From Eledone cirrhosa (lineage: Eukaryota): a stretch of 64,000 bases of DNA. Position 1 is the first letter of the stretch. Every line of letters begins with the position of its first letter. Of the stretch, positions 26,750 through 41,257 are shown in pieces. Location: positions 325,128,001-325,192,000 of the forward strand of contig OZ024740.1 in NCBI GenBank assembly GCA_964016885.1, read 5' to 3'. A model generated the notes under the pieces. That model did no database searches. It saw only the letters and a list, made by a program, of their open reading frames with translations, and was not told where the DNA came from. The translations under genes and the position numbers were made by a program.

Positions 26750-27242
26750 TATACATACATATATATAAAATCCAAAACCCAAGAGCAAGAACCCTTCTTT
26801 CGTAAGTTACATAACATTATTGGGTATCTATCATCTTGTTTAGAATTTACAGTGACAGATTATTACGACCGTTAAGGAATATGGTGGTGATGTAAAATAC
26901 ATCTAAAACTTATTGGAACCATTAAAAACAATAAATATTGCATCGAAACTAAAAGAAAAGTGTTAAATAAAAAAAGGGGAAAAAATCGAAAATTGTAATA
27001 ATTGATTTGACTTCACAAAAAATAGGATTACTTTCGCTTTTGTTTTTGTTTGTTATTTTGTTATTTTTACCATTACCATCATTATCATTATCATCATCCC
27101 TAGTCTCACATGTATTGTAACCCTTATATTTATAACGATTATTTTATTAATGTTGGGCAAGACCTTCTGACTAATAAAGATATCATTTCCGTTATTATTG
27201 TTATTAATATTTTATTATTATTATTATTGTTCTGTATGTTAA

Positions 27243-27455
27243 TGCGTGTGGCTAAGTGGTTAGAGAATAGGATTCGCAATCGTGAGGTTGTGAGTTCGAT
27301 TCCCGGATCGAGCGATGTGTTATGTCCTTGAGCAAGACACTTTATTTCACGTTGCTCCTTCTACCTGGAGTTGCGACTGAAGATAGTATTATAATTGGAA
27401 AGACCAATGGAAACATCGTTTCCTCGGTCCGATTTGACGAAAGTCGATCGTTCCT
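27243..27455 (+). mobile_element. tRNA-derived SINE
   Basis: A box gtggctaagtggttag and B box gagttcgattccc, followed by a non-tRNA body shared with 11060-11245. Confidence 0.8.
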
Positions 27456-27546
27456 ATTTATGTTAATATTATTGCCATTATTATCATTATCAGCATTACA
27501 ATCATCATCATCATCATCATCAATATTATGACCAATATTATTGTGG

Positions 27547-28370
27547 ATTGGCAGTATCAGTAGAAGGTTGGACGCCATGCTTTGCAGCATAGAGTTACGG
27601 CCCGTTACGATCTGAGTTCAAATCCCTCCGGTGTTAGCTTTGCCGTTCATCCTTACGGGGTCAATAAAATAAAGTACCAGTAATGCACTGGGATAATTGC
27701 TGGCCTTGTGCCAAATGTAGAAACAATTATTATTTCTATTTTTTTTTTTTTTTGTAAACTTCCACTATCCCTGTCTTTTTGTATAGTCCCCTACATGTAG
27801 ACTCATGTGGCCCATAAAGAAAGAATTATTTGGGTTTGCAGAATTGGTAGAGCGTCGAACAACATGCTTAGTGACATAGAGTTACATCCCTTTACGTTCT
27901 GAGTTAAAATCCCGCCGAGGTTAGCTTTGCTTTTCATCATTACGGTGTCGATAAAATGAAGTGCCAGTAACGCACTGGGATCGATTTAATCGACTTTTTC
28001 CTCCCCCAAAATTGCTGGCATTGTGCCTTTATAAGAAACCATCACGTCCCTTTACGATCTAAGTTCAAATCCCGCTGAGGTTGACTTTGCTTTTCATCCT
28101 TACGGGGTCGATAAAATAAAGTACCAGTAATGCACTAGGTAATTGTTGGCCTTGTGCCTAAAGTAGAAACAATTATTATTATGGCAGTATCGGTAGAGAG
28201 TCGGACGCCATGCTTTGCAGCAAAGAGTTACGGCCCTTATGATCTGAGTTCAAATCCCGCCGAGGTTAACTTTGCCTTTCATCCTTACGGGGTCGATAAA
28301 ATAAAATACCAGTAATGTACTGGATAATTGCTGGCCTTGTGCCAAAAGTAGAAACAAATATTATTATTAT
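27547..28370 (+). mobile_element. Head-to-tail array of about four Meta-type SINEs with an inserted Tx1 3'-UTR fragment
   Basis: SINE cores at about 27612, 27900, 28060 and 28245; 27750-27830 resembles the Tx1 3' UTR at 29940-30009. Confidence 0.85.
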
Positions 28371-28371
28371 T

Positions 28372-28863
28372 GTTCTTTGAGTCTCAGTCATTGATGTTAT
28401 TTAACTGGAAAGTTTGTTAAAATGAATATCAAGCCACTACCTGCACCCTCAGATATTCAGGACGTATCGGCTGGTTCTTGCCGTTCCCAGCAAGCGTGCC
28501 TTTTGAAGTGTTCCAAAAAACGGGGCTGGACTAATCTTCTTTAACCATCCTTGGAAACTCTTTGAGATAATACCTAGTGCGCCTATGACAATCGGGACGA
28601 CCTTGATCTCATGGCAGTTCCAAATCCTTTTAAACTCCTACTTTAAATCCTGGTATCGGTTAATTTTCTCCCTCTCCTTTTCTTACACTCTCGTGTCAAA
28701 TGGGCAGGCTATATCTGCAATCAGGCACAATCTTTTTTCCTTGTCAAAAACCACCAGGTCAGGCCTATTGTGTTCTAATTGCTTGTCCGTCTGTATCCTA
28801 AAATCCCATAGCACCTTCACTCGATCGTTTTCTATCACCGACTCTGGCTTATGCTCATACCAC
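28372..28863 (-). mobile_element. R4/Dong-clade non-LTR retrotransposon 3' fragment (restriction-like endonuclease)
   Basis: Minus-strand WYEHKPE..VLWDFRIQTD..HNRPDLVV..DIACPFD..EKEREKINRYQDLK..VVPIVIGALG..LQKARLLGTA, with a (TAA)n tail and (TAT)n on both sides. Confidence 0.85.
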
Positions 28864-28879
28864 TATTATTATTGTTATT

Positions 28880-30007
28880 CAGCACCCTCTACGCGGAGAG
28901 CTGGGCATGCCGTGGCTAATGATGCGCAGATATGCGTTGAGGCTGCGACATCTCCAGATATTCTGCTTAAACGGTGAACAGGTGTGGTCGCTGTTTATCA
29001 GACGGGCCTTTCTGCAGTTCATTTGCTTGACTGAGCTGCAGTCCTGGGTCAAGAAGAGACCGAGACTGGGCGACTGGCACCTGAAATGTTGCCAGGCACT
29101 CACTGCCCCCTACCAAGCGGGCAATTCGATCAGTGGAACTTCCACTCTCGAGTTCTATAGAGGATTAGTGGTGGGCAAGTGCGATGACGCTCGGAGAAGC
29201 TTTGGGCCTCGACGAAGTCGAACTGACCAGTCTGTACCGGAGGACTTTCGAGCCGGGGACGATGGATAATTTCCAGAAATCCCTCGGGGGGCATTGCCGG
29301 TTCGGGATAAACTCTACAGGCACGGAAGTGCTGTCAGACGGACCTGCCCAAGATGCGCACAGAACGACGAAACCGTTCTGCATCCACTTGTCCAATGTCC
29401 GTGCATTACTGACTTGTGGAGTTATGTCGAACAGCTACTGTCGCGTGTGGGTCGACCCGCCGCCTTCCTTAGGTCAGGAAGAGCAGGAAATGTTCCTCTG
29501 TCTGGTGGCAGTTGCGAAAGAGGTTATATGGTGGACCAGATTAAAAGGACTGAAGACAGACACTTTTCTCTTCGGCCAATCCCTCATCAACTTCTTCACG
29601 TTTCATCTGGAAAGGAAGGTGAGGGTGGAGAGAGAAGTGCTGCCCCCCCCCCCCCCCCCCAGTACATTTGCTAAAATGTGGATGTATGTCGCTAGAATGG
29701 CTCGTGTGAATGGGCCTACTCTGACCAAGCGCCTATAGGCTAGCTAACTTGAGGAGAGGGGTGCTCTCCCTGGGTGCCCTAAAAGCGCAGGGTGGATTGG
29801 TGGGGTACCCTAGTCACCCCAGGGTCGTCCACCCCCTATCGGGGAATTTATTTTGTTATATTTATGCATAGTTTATTTTATATTTTTATATCTTCATTGT
29901 TAAATTAATCTTGCCATTGTGCACTTTTACTCGACCTTATTGTAAACCCACTGTCCCTGTCTTTGTATTGTCCCCTACATGTCGGCCCTTGAGGCTAATA
30001 AATGAAA

Positions 30008-30009
<2 letters not shown>
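28880..30009 (+). mobile_element. 5'-truncated L1/Tx1 LINE (ORF2 C-terminus and 3' UTR)
   Basis: LGMPWLMMRR..LPVRDKLYRH..CPRC..ETVLH..C zinc motif is homologous to 34620-35500; AATAAA is followed by (ATT)n at 30010-30066. Confidence 0.9.
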
Positions 30010-30066
<57 letters not shown>

Positions 30067-30243
30067 GGCGACCTACGTAGGAAATCGTATTATCGTGAGC
30101 TCCGCAAAGGTTTGTTGTTTTCAGTTGTTTAAAATTGCCATTTATGGAAAATTGTTATGAAAAGGACATTCAAAAAGATTGGGGCCTTGAGTCCAAAATT
30201 TAAACTTTTATAATTAAGAAACAAAAATTTCTTTGAAAAAATC

Positions 30244-32161
30244 ATGGACGACTCACAGTCACACCATCCTCACAAACTAACACCTCACACCGACACCACC
30301 ATTGTAAATATTACTACATTTGCCAACACTAAAAATATAAGCAGTAGCAATAATTTAAATTTGTCACATGCAGACATTCATTTCACGCCATTACCAATGA
30401 CTGCAGGTTTTGAAGCCGCCACCCCCACCACCACCGCAGCGACAACAGAAACAAAAGAAAAAAATAAATTATCTCGTGACATCGAAATGGATTCACCTAG
30501 AATGGACTCTTCCACACCGAACACCACTGACGCCACCAACACCACAACTGAAACTAAAAATAACAATAACAAAAATGAGAATAAGCAACAACAATGAGAA
30601 TAAGAAAACCACCCTGTCTTTTGCCAGAGTAGCAAAAAAGTGCGAAGCCATCCAGGTACACTCAGGAGGAATTAGATGAAGCAAAGAGAATGGTAAAGAA
30701 AGATGGGGGCAGGGTTACCCCCCCCCCCCCCCCCACTGATAAAATGGAGCATCGGCGCCTATGCACCGTGTCTTATCGGACGATTAACATAAAATCGCGC
30801 CGAGTGGAACGGGCATCCGAATCCCAAATCCAAAAAGCTTTGGGACATGTGTGGGCAAAAAAAACCCACATCAGATGTGGGCAGAAATATGGAACCGTGT
30901 ACGTGTTCTTTGGAACACCACAGGGGGCCAGAGAACACTCCATGGCCCCATTAAGAAGTGACGACTTCACACTCGTCCCAAGCTATTGTAGCCAGAGACT
31001 CGTGAAGATCAGGGTGACCCACGTTCCACCGGCCATCAAAATTCCCTGGCTAATGGCTGCCGTCCTCGCCGGCATCGAAGCCAACACCAAGATAATCGAA
31101 ATAGCGAAAGAAAATCAGGAGAACTGGTCAGGATCTGGGATGGAGCTCCTGATCCAAGCGAACCAAAAAAGCATTGAGGAGATCCCAGAGGTAATAGACC
31201 ACCTCACTGACGGCAGCCATCTCACCGTAATCGTCGAGTGCAGAAGGCCTAGGTGTGTCGTTTGTGGTGAAGGAACCCACCTAAGGGCTTTCTGCTCTCA
31301 GGCTAAAAGGTTGAGTCCACCTCTCTTACCCACCCAGTGACTCAACCATCAACACCACCAGCAGCAGAAATGGCAGCAACAACTGTAGCAGCAGCAACAG
31401 AAGCAACTGTAACAGCATCAACCCCAGCAACAGTAGCAAAACCAACACCACCACCACTCAACGCGCCAGAACTACCACCAGCGCCTACATTATCCACCAC
31501 GCCACAACCAAAACCAACGCCTGTGGAGGATTTTCCACTCCCCGACCTATCGCAACTGGAGACAGATTGTGACGACGAGGAGTGGGACACGATATCAGGA
31601 AAAAAGAAAAAAAAATGAAACCAAAAAAGAAAAAATCCTCTTCCCTCCCCCTCCAAAAACAAAATACAGAGGGAAACAAATAAACTATCAAACAAAAAAG
31701 TTAGGACAGCTATGCCACCATCCACACCAGCATCACCACCCCCATCACCACAAACACCAACACCATCGCCATCATTAACCCCAACACCACCATCACCAAC
31801 ACCACAAAAGTCACCAAAAAGCGAAACAGAAACAAACCCACAACAAACGCAAACTAAACAAAACAACCAAAACGATACACACTACACAGCATTAAATTTG
31901 AACAACAACCAATTATTACACTACATCCAACACAACACCAGCATCACAGAAAAAGACTACACAACAACCAAAAAGTTCACACCACCTCCACACATACAAA
32001 TCACTCGCATCACACAGAAAACGTACACGACACTAAAACAAAAAATCCCCAAAGACATCGGAGACTTCCGACAAGCACTCTCCAGGAGGGTTTATAAGGA
32101 CATCCTTCCGGAGGAGGCCAGAAGCAGTGAAAAGGATGGAGAAACCATCCTTCCTCTATGA
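30244..32161 (+). pseudogene. Tx1 ORF1 (gag-like, frameshifted)
   Basis: ORF pieces 30244-30597, 30690-31340 (CVVCGEGTHLRAFC zinc knuckle), 31337-31618 and 31712-32161 (Pro/Thr-rich). Confidence 0.8.
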
Positions 32162-32207
32162 GAAGTAAGGTAAGTGGTCTTTCCCATCTTTTCCACTCCA
32201 TTTCAAC

Positions 32208-35200
32208 ATGACCTCGCTCAGAATAGGCAGCATAAATGCGCGTGGCTTGGGGTCGTCATAGAAGCAGGGCCCCCTGCTCAACGACCTCAGGTCACAAAAC
32301 ATAGGGGGAGGAGTTGCTGTGCTTTTTCGGAGAGGTTTGGATGTCGCCATACGGGCCATCTTCCTGGACCCAGAAGGTAACTTGGTGGTGCTGGACGTGA
32401 CCAGCGGAGACGGGCAAGCTTTCAGGCTAGTGGCCGTCTATGCCCCGACAGTAGCAGGGCGGCCTGATTTCTTCCGGCGTCTGGAGACCTTTCTTGGAAC
32501 GTCCCGCTCTTTAGAGTTAGTGGGCGACTGGAACGGGATCTTAGATGCACGCTGGGACTGTGTGGGATTAGCGGATAGGGGAGGAGGGTGCAAGAGCCTC
32601 ACCAACCTGCTCAGGCGTTTTGAACTGTCTGACAGGTACCGATTGGATTTCCCGAATGTGCCAATGTGGACTTGGACAAATCGCATAGGGTCATCCAGAT
32701 CATATCTAGATAGAGTATTTTGTAGGGAAATAGATAGGTCTAACATAGGCTGTCCACAATTCAAGATAGTCAGCTACACGGACCTCAAATTCGTGATCTG
32801 TGTACTTGACTTAGATAGCCTTCATAGACGAGGACCCGGATACTGGAAGCTAAACGCGTCCTTACCAGCGCGCAAGGCCTACAGAGACCGGATTAGCGAA
32901 CTAGTTAAGCGGGCGTTGGCGGGGGCCATCGTCAACAACAAGTGGTGGTTTCCTCTGAAAAGAGCGATTAGAATAGAGTCTATTAGGTTTAGTAAGGCTT
33001 TAGCAATAGAGAAATATAGAGCAAAGGGAGAACTAGTTAGAAATTAGACGAGGCGCTGAGCAAAGGCATCGCGACCGACGTACTTGCGGCGAAATTGGCC
33101 CTTGACCAATTCTTCAATGCAAAGCACGAAGGCTGCGTTGTCAGAGCAAGGGTGCGTGCTCTCAGACACGAGGGGACGAAAGCCGTTCAATGGGCCCGAG
33201 TGGCGGAGGCGCGTCGTGGCAACAAAGCCACGATCCGGTCTTTGGTGGACCACGACGGGCGCATGCTACTCGATCCCGGGCAAATGTGTGAAGCTTTTCA
33301 GCGACACTTCGCTCAGCTGTTCGGGGGCAGCGGTGGGCCGGGTCGAGGGATGGACTTTAGTGTCTACCTCGGCGGACTGCCGCGGCTCTCGGCCACTGAG
33401 GCGGAGTGTTGCAAAAAGTCGATAACAGCCGCTGAAGTACGGGAGGCAATGACTGGCTGCACAAGGGGTAAATCGCCTGGTTTGGTTGATCTGCCCTATG
33501 AACTTTACGTACAGATGCCAGACTTGTTCGGTGGCCTCTTGGCGGACGTCTACTACAACTGGCAACAGAGCGGGAGAATTCCCAGCTCTGTGAGCCGAGG
33601 AGCTGTGGCGCTGCTGAGAAAGGATCCGAACAAGGGGGATAACATAGATAATTTCAGGCCCATAACTCTGCTAAACACAGAGTTCAAGATTTTGGCCAAG
33701 GTGCTAGCAAAGAGGTTGGCGCTTGTCGTTGGTCGTCTGGTGGGAGAGGCGCAGACATGCGCCATTCCCGACAGATCCATCCACGACAACCTCCACCTCA
33801 TGCGATACATCGTAGAGAGGGTAGCTAGGGAACCTGGCACGGGTGGGTCCTTGATCAATTTAGATCAGTCGAAAGCTTTCGATAGGGTCGACCATTGTTA
33901 CCTAGCGAGAGTCCTGAGGGCGGCTGGCTTTGGGCCCGTCTTGAGAGGCTGGATCGCTACCATGCACAGCGACATCTGCTCTGTGGTGAGAGTGAACGGT
34001 CACCTTTCAGAACCGTTCAACATCATGCGCTCGGTCCGCCAAGGATGTCCCCTCTCGTCCCTCTTGTACGTATTGACTCTCGAGCCATTACTGCACAAAC
34101 TGGAGACGTTGAGGGGGATCCCGTGCGAATTAGGATGCGGAAGATCCGTGTCAGCATATGTGGACGATGTCACCGTAGTGGTGTCGAACGCCAAACACAT
34201 CGAGCGATCGGCACTACACTAAGAGAATACGAAGCGGTGACAGGAGCATTGATCAACCAAGAAAAGTCAGTGGGCCTGCAGCTCGGAACCTGGAGAGGCA
34301 GGTCCATGCCGTCCAATAGCGTCGTCGGGCGCTGGACGGAGGCACCGGTTAAATTGCTAGGGGTCTGGTTCGGTCCGGACCTCCAGTTTGACAAAAACTG
34401 GGAGGAGATGACGAGCAGAGTGGCTTCTCTCACCCAGAAATGGGCGGAGAGGAAGCCTGACAGGTCGAGCGGAGGTGGCTAACGCGTACATCGCGTCCCT
34501 CATCTACTACCGCCTGACCGTCGTACCTTCTCCTAAGCCCCGCCTGACTGCGCTGGTGCGTTTGCTCTTTCGCTTTTTGTGGAAGGGACGCGCACCGATG
34601 GTCAGGCGGTCCATCTGCTGTCAACACCCGCTACGTGGAGGGCTGGGCATGCCGTGGCTGATGATGCGCAGACACGCGCTCAGGCTACGTCATCTCCACC
34701 TCTTCCTCGACGGCGATCAGGTGTGATCGCCGTTTGCTAGACGCGTCTTTCCCCAGCTCGTCTCCTTGACGGAGCTGCAGTCTTGGGTCAAGCGAAGACC
34801 GAGAGGGAGCGCTTGGAGACTGGAATGTCTTCAGGCGCTCACAGCCCTAGACCAATCGGGCAATGTGATCGGTGGAAACTCCACCTTGGCGTTCTATAGA
34901 GGATTAGTGGAGGGGAAGAGCGACGACGTACTTGGAGAAACTCTAGGCGTCGACGAAAATCAACTAGCCAATCTCTTCGGAACAACTTTCGGGCCGGGGC
35001 CTATGGACAACTTCCAGAAATCCCTGGCCCGGCAGTGCTACCGAGGAGCTTTGCCAGTTCGGGATAAACTCTACAGACATAGAGGTGCCGTCAGTCGGGC
35101 ATGTCCGAGATGCGCGCAGGGCGACGAAACCGTCCTGCACGCACTCGTCCAGTGTCCGAGCTTACTGACTTGTGGGTTTATGTCGAACACCTGCTGCCAC

Positions 35201-35500
35201 GTGTAGGACGGATCCAGCTATCAGCTGAGTCCATCGTGAGGATTGCCCCGCCCTCCTCCTTTAGCCGGGAAGGGCAGGCAGTTTTATCTGTCTGGTGGCC
35301 ATGGCGAAAGAGATAGTATGGTGGACACGTTTGAAAGGGCTGAAGACGAGCACTTACCTCTTCGGTGATGCCCTGATTAACTTTTTCAAATTTCATTTGA
35401 AAAGGAAAATCAGGGTAGAGAGGGAAGTCCTCTCTTCCCAGCATTTTGTTGAAAGATGGGTGAGAGAAGCAACTATGACCCGAGTGAATGGCACTTGCCC
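32208..35500 (+). pseudogene. Tx1 ORF2 (APE endonuclease + reverse transcriptase), with stops and frameshifts
   Basis: MTSLRIGSINARGL, VYAP, GDWN, SYLDRV, GYWKLNAS, KSPG, FRPITLLNTEFKILAK, LDQSKAFDRV, SVRQGCPLS and YVDD. Confidence 0.92.
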
Positions 35501-35709
35501 TGGTGGTCAGGGTCACTGTGGCCTTTTAATGGGCTTTCTCCACAAATGTCCCTCGGAAGCCTACCCCCTATTGGGGAATTTTTCATTGTTATTTTTTTTA
35601 TTACATCCTCTGTTTTTTACATGCAGAAATGCCCATTTGTACCGTCCTGTATTGTCCTGTACTGTCCTTAATGTCTACTTTATGTAAACCCTTGTGGTTA
35701 ATAAAGAAA

Positions 35710-35761
<52 letters not shown>

Positions 35762-36340
35762 TTAATATCACCACGACTATTTATTACAATTATTTATATA
35801 TCTACTGTTGTTTTCTTTTTCTTTTTGTTGTCCCCTTTTCCTTTACTTGTTGTAAACCCCACTTTTATAGTTCCCAATGTCTTGGGCCTTTATAGCCAAT
35901 AAAAGAAATCGTTATCATTATTATTAGCACCATCCTACTCCTTATGCCTCTCTTCCTCCTCATCATCTTCAATTTCCAACATCAACATCATTATCATCAC
36001 CATTTCCAGTATTAGAAATTTGAATAAGAATTTAGAAGAAAAAAAATGTAAATGCATTATATTCAACGAATGGATTTTCCTAATGGGGAATTGTTAGCAA
36101 TTGTCTTATAAGAGGTTGTTTACACTCTAGTAGATGGATTAAAGACATCTATGGAATGGCGGAGTGGGGATGGGATGGTATACAATATATATATATATGT
36201 GTGTAGGCAGAAAAAAACAAAACAAATGCAATTGTAAGTCTTACCTCATATCGATTATCAGATAACAATAAAATACTTTAGAAATCAATAAAAACTCCCA
36301 TTTATATGTATGAGTGTTTATGTACACATATATATATATG

Positions 36341-36377
<37 letters not shown>

Positions 36378-36497
36378 TTCTGTGAGTGTCTGTACATATG
36401 TATGTAAACACAAACATTTATATATACACAAAGAAAGAGAGAGAGAAAGAGAGGGAGATGGATATTTATGGATGGTGTATCTTTTATTATATATACC

Positions 36498-36598
<101 letters not shown>

Positions 36599-36894
36599 TA
36601 TATATATATATATACATATGGTGTGAGCTAAAGATACATCTGCACTAATGAATTAATCAATAGTTCTAAAGTATGCAGTTCAATCGTTCGATATGTGTTA
36701 AATCCCGGATACTGAAATAATTTATGAAACAATAACAATTACAACAATGATGATATTATGGAAATATATTTATCACACTATTGTATATGCTATAAAATAT
36801 ATATTGATTTATTTATTGGGGATCATTGCAACTTAAAATTTATACATCACCCCCATGTACAAAGCAATAATGTTTTTAATTTTCTGTATTCTTA

Positions 36895-37230
36895 TTCTTG
36901 AGAGGGTCGTAGGGGCAGTATCTTTAAACACCAAGTCCTGTCATGGAAGTTATCCAACCACCTTGCTTGTGATCTGCCGCTGGGTCACCTGCAGGTTGGT
37001 TTTTCCCCCAAAATATGTCCAGCGATTCTTTTCTAACCACATACATGTCCATACTATCGAAGCTGTGATCTCTCAATTCAGATAAGTAGTGGCTCTACCA
37101 CGAAGGATTCTCTGATCTCCGAGCTACTTACTCTATCAAGTAACGTTACTCCAAAGAACCTTCTGAGGAACCCCATTTCAGCCGCTTGTATTCATGATCG
37201 TATTCTTATGGTCATAACCAAAGATTCATG
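36895..37230 (-). mobile_element. RTE LINE 3' fragment
   Basis: Reverse-strand homolog of 1100-1400 (ccccatttcagccgcttgtatt; gttatccaacca). Confidence 0.75.
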
Positions 37231-38250
37231 ATTATAGTTCATTATAGCGTCGGGTTAATACCTTCTGAAATACCTTAGTACCTTTTTCGGTTTTACTGCT
37301 CTGCATTCAAATCCCGCTGAGGTCAACATTTCCTTTCGTCTTTTCGAACTCGTTAAATAACGTACCAATCTAGGTGTGTAGGATTAGCAGACTTGTTAAT
37401 GAGGCTCTACATATTCTGAGTTCAAATCACACCTTCTGCTAAATGTTGAGACCGGCAAATAATATCAGCAATGGAGAAAACACTGGAACCTTTGTTTCCT
37501 AGGTCTACTCAAACGATCGGTTCCTTTCAATGGCACCATTACTACCATCCACCAATAGTACCCCTCACCACCACTATAACCCACCATGAGATGCTAGAAA
37601 TGGCAACCAAACATCTCTCAAATTTCTCTGTACCATTTTAAAATCAAAATTCCAGATATTATTACTGTAATCTCAGAAGTACAAGAATATGGGATAGTCA
37701 TGGCCGAAAGGCCTTTGATAATATTTCTAATCAGCTATGACTGGTTGGTGTTTAAACAGCATCAATATTCCCAAATTTACGTTTCTAGTGAGACCATGGA
37801 TCTACACCTGAAAAGTGCAAAAATGAAATTTACCGCTCACACATATTGTAGGGCAAAGTTGCTCCATAGAAGATTTCTTGGTACTTTAATGTGTCCTACA
37901 CACGAAAAGCTACATAAAATGAGTGATATCGCCCAAGAACACAAGCATATTGCTCGTTCCAGGTATACCATCTCTAATTGGAAGAAATCTGACAACCGCA
38001 AACCACAACCTGACGTTCTGCGCTTATCCCATCTCCTCACTATATATCTACATTTTCCACAATATTTTTCTAACACGCCAAGAACCATTCAAATGAGCAA
38101 CCCCTCCCATGAAACTCACACCTCTATAAAATCTATATATTTATGAAGTGGTATAGGACGGTATGCAATCTCTCATAATGGAATTTGCTGTCCTAACGTG
38201 AAAAGATCTATGAAACTTTGAGTATTTTTGAAGGTGTACGACTAATTAAA

Positions 38251-38356
<106 letters not shown>

Positions 38357-38359
38357 AAG

Positions 38360-38416
<57 letters not shown>

Positions 38417-38723
38417 ATAGATATAGACTGGTAATTGGAAGTAAAACTTTCACCAGATGTTTCCAACAAAATTTTTTTAACATATTTATTCACTGTTATG
38501 CTACCATATTATTTTTGTCTTTCCTTCTCATCTACCTCCTGCCCCCATCCCTGCCATCACTAACTCTGTTTATCTTTCTCTCTATTTATCTTTCTCTTTA
38601 TATATTCTAGATATCTTTCTTGCTCTCTCTTTCTCTGTCCCTCGCCATTAATTCTATTTCTTTTCCTTTTTCTCTATTTTGTCGTCATCATCATCATCAT
38701 CATCATCGTTATTATTATTAATA

Positions 38724-38775
<52 letters not shown>

Positions 38776-38939
38776 GCACCAAGCTTCGTTAATAAATAGA
38801 CTTATTTTCTGTGTGATTTGCTAATTTGGTAAAAATTGACAACAACACTTTTGTCCCGCTCGTAATCAACATTACCGTTTATCTATGAGTATTTGTCTAT
38901 GTATATCTATGTCTTTGCTTCTGTATGTTTGTATATATA

Positions 38940-39490
38940 TGTTTGTGTATCTATGTATGTATATATGCTTATGTGTGTATATATGTCTGTGTATCTATGT
39001 ATGAATGTGTGTTTATGTGTGTATATATATGTCAGTGTATCTATGTATGAATATGTGTTTATGTGTATATATATGTTTGTGTATCTATGTATGTATATAT
39101 GCTTATGCGTGTATATATGTCTGTGTATCTATGTATGAATGTGTGCTTATGTGTGTATATATATGTCTGTGTATCTATGTATGAATGTGTGTTTATGTGA
39201 GTATGTATGTCTGTGTATCTATGTATGAATATGTGCTTATGTGTGTATATATGTCTGTGTATCTATGTATGAATATGTGCTTATGTGTGTATATATGTTT
39301 GTGTATCTATGTATGAATATGTGCTTATGTGTGTATATATGTCTGTTTATCTATGTATGAATATGTGTTTATGTGTGTATATATGTCAGTGTATCTATGT
39401 ATGAATGTGTGTTTATGTGTGTATATATATCAGTGTATTTATGTATGAATGTGTGCTTATGTGTATTTATGTATGAATATGTGCTTATGT
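38940..39490 (+). repeat. 44-bp minisatellite (about 12-13 units)
   Basis: The unit gtgtatctatgtatgaatatgtgcttatgtgtgtatatatgtct recurs with a 44-46 bp period (e.g. 39257 and 39301). Confidence 0.9.
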
Positions 39491-40378
39491 GTGTATGTCT
39501 GTCTGTTTATTTATGTGCGTTTGACTATGTGTGCGTTAACGTATGTTTATATCTATCTGCATGTGTCTATGTGTGTCTATATGTATGTGCCAGGTTATTT
39601 GTCTATAAGTATGTGTATGTGTCTCTATGCGTATATGTACGAATTTGTGTGTTGTTATGTATGTCTATATGTAAGTACATGTATATAATCATACATACAT
39701 ACATATATATGTGTGTGTGTGTGTTTCTGTGTGTTTCTGTCTATATGTGCTTGTGTATTTCTATAATGTGTAACAATATGTTTGTCTATATTTGTATGTA
39801 TATATGTATGTGTATATGTGTTTCTCTATGTGTATAAATGTGTATGTATAAATGTGGGTTTGTGTCTATGTGTGACTATGTTTGATTCAATGTATGACTG
39901 TGTTAGTGTGTATGTCAATGTATATATGTGTTTGTGTCTATACACGTGTGTGCCTGCGCGTCTATGTATTCGTTTGTGGTGTAATTGTTTCTGCCTATAT
40001 GTGTGTATGTAAGAGTGTGCGATTAATAATTCAGATTTCTGAGTCTCTTTACATAATTGATATATAATATATATGTTCATTTTATTTGGCTTGTTTCGTA
40101 GAAGGCGTCTAACATCAAAGAGAAAATCTAAATTGCGACTCGTTTGTGCTGAAACGAACGGATTATGTGTAAAGATAAACATTATTGTTACAGACGACAG
40201 ATGTTGAAAGGAAAATATTATGGAAGAAGCCATTACAGATGTATCTCTAACCATTTATCATCTATCCCATCATTCCATTATCCCGTCATCCCGTCATACC
40301 ATCATACCGTCATTCCGTCATCTCATCATATCATTACACCATTATTCTGTCGTGCAATGATTTGCATGCATGTTTATG

Positions 40379-40464
<86 letters not shown>

Positions 40465-41257
40465 GGCGTGCGTGTATGTGTGTGTGCGTGTGTATGTGTA
40501 TGTGTAGGTTTCAATATGTAGATATTCATATATATATATATATATCTTATGTATTTATGCAAGAACTGGAGTAAACATCGGAAAGACAGGTGTTTCGTAC
40601 TAAGATCTCAATAGGTTTACTATCAAAGTATAATACAATACTTGAGGATGTTTTCAATCTCCGATGTTGTCAACAAGAAATGAAGTTAGGCTATATTTCA
40701 TCTCTTTAAATTGTCGGACTCTTGAATACTCAGCTGAACTCTCTGTATTTATGTTTGATATAGAATGGGCTCTGAACTATTAATAGCGTCGTAGGGGCGC
40801 TGTTGTAAAATACAGCATGTCTTCAGCATTTAAACTAGGCAGACCACATCACACTCCTGGCCTGAGTACAGCTGATATCTTCCAGAGAAAGTGTGAGAGA
40901 GAAAACCAGAGAGGATGTGAGAAAGAGAGATAGAAGAAGAATCAACCATATTATTGGACTGTTACTTTGTTCATCGACCTCCAAAGGAGGAAAAGCAACG
41001 TTGACATTTGACCTTTGTGTTATTTGAACTCAGAAAACATACCACACACTATTCTATTCAATATTATAAGGACTCTACCAATTAATCGCCTTTATTTATT
41101 TATTTAATTGTCTCTCTAATTCAGGATGAGAGCACCGTATCTGAAGAAAAAGATATGTTAGGTGGAATGTCTATCATATGTATATATGTGTATCTTTGAC
41201 TGTTTTTAGTGTAACTTTCTTGTCATCTTATCCACTGGGTGTTAGTTAAGATAGTGA

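Larger units (their letters stand above)
30067..35759 (+). mobile_element. Near full-length L1/Tx1-clade LINE, disrupted
   Basis: ORF1 with a CCHC knuckle, ORF2 with APE, RT and Cys-rich domains, AATAAA at about 35700, and (TTA)n on both flanks. Confidence 0.93.

Noticed and set aside
27243-27310. tRNA gene
   Set aside because: A and B boxes are present but the acceptor stem is poor, and the sequence continues into a dispersed SINE body.
37700-38146. 148-aa non-repetitive ORF
   Set aside because: No recognisable domain or clear splice signals; it probably spans decayed repeat sequence.
38940-39490. CRISPR-like array
   Set aside because: Contiguous low-complexity units with no unique spacers, in a eukaryotic context with no cas genes.
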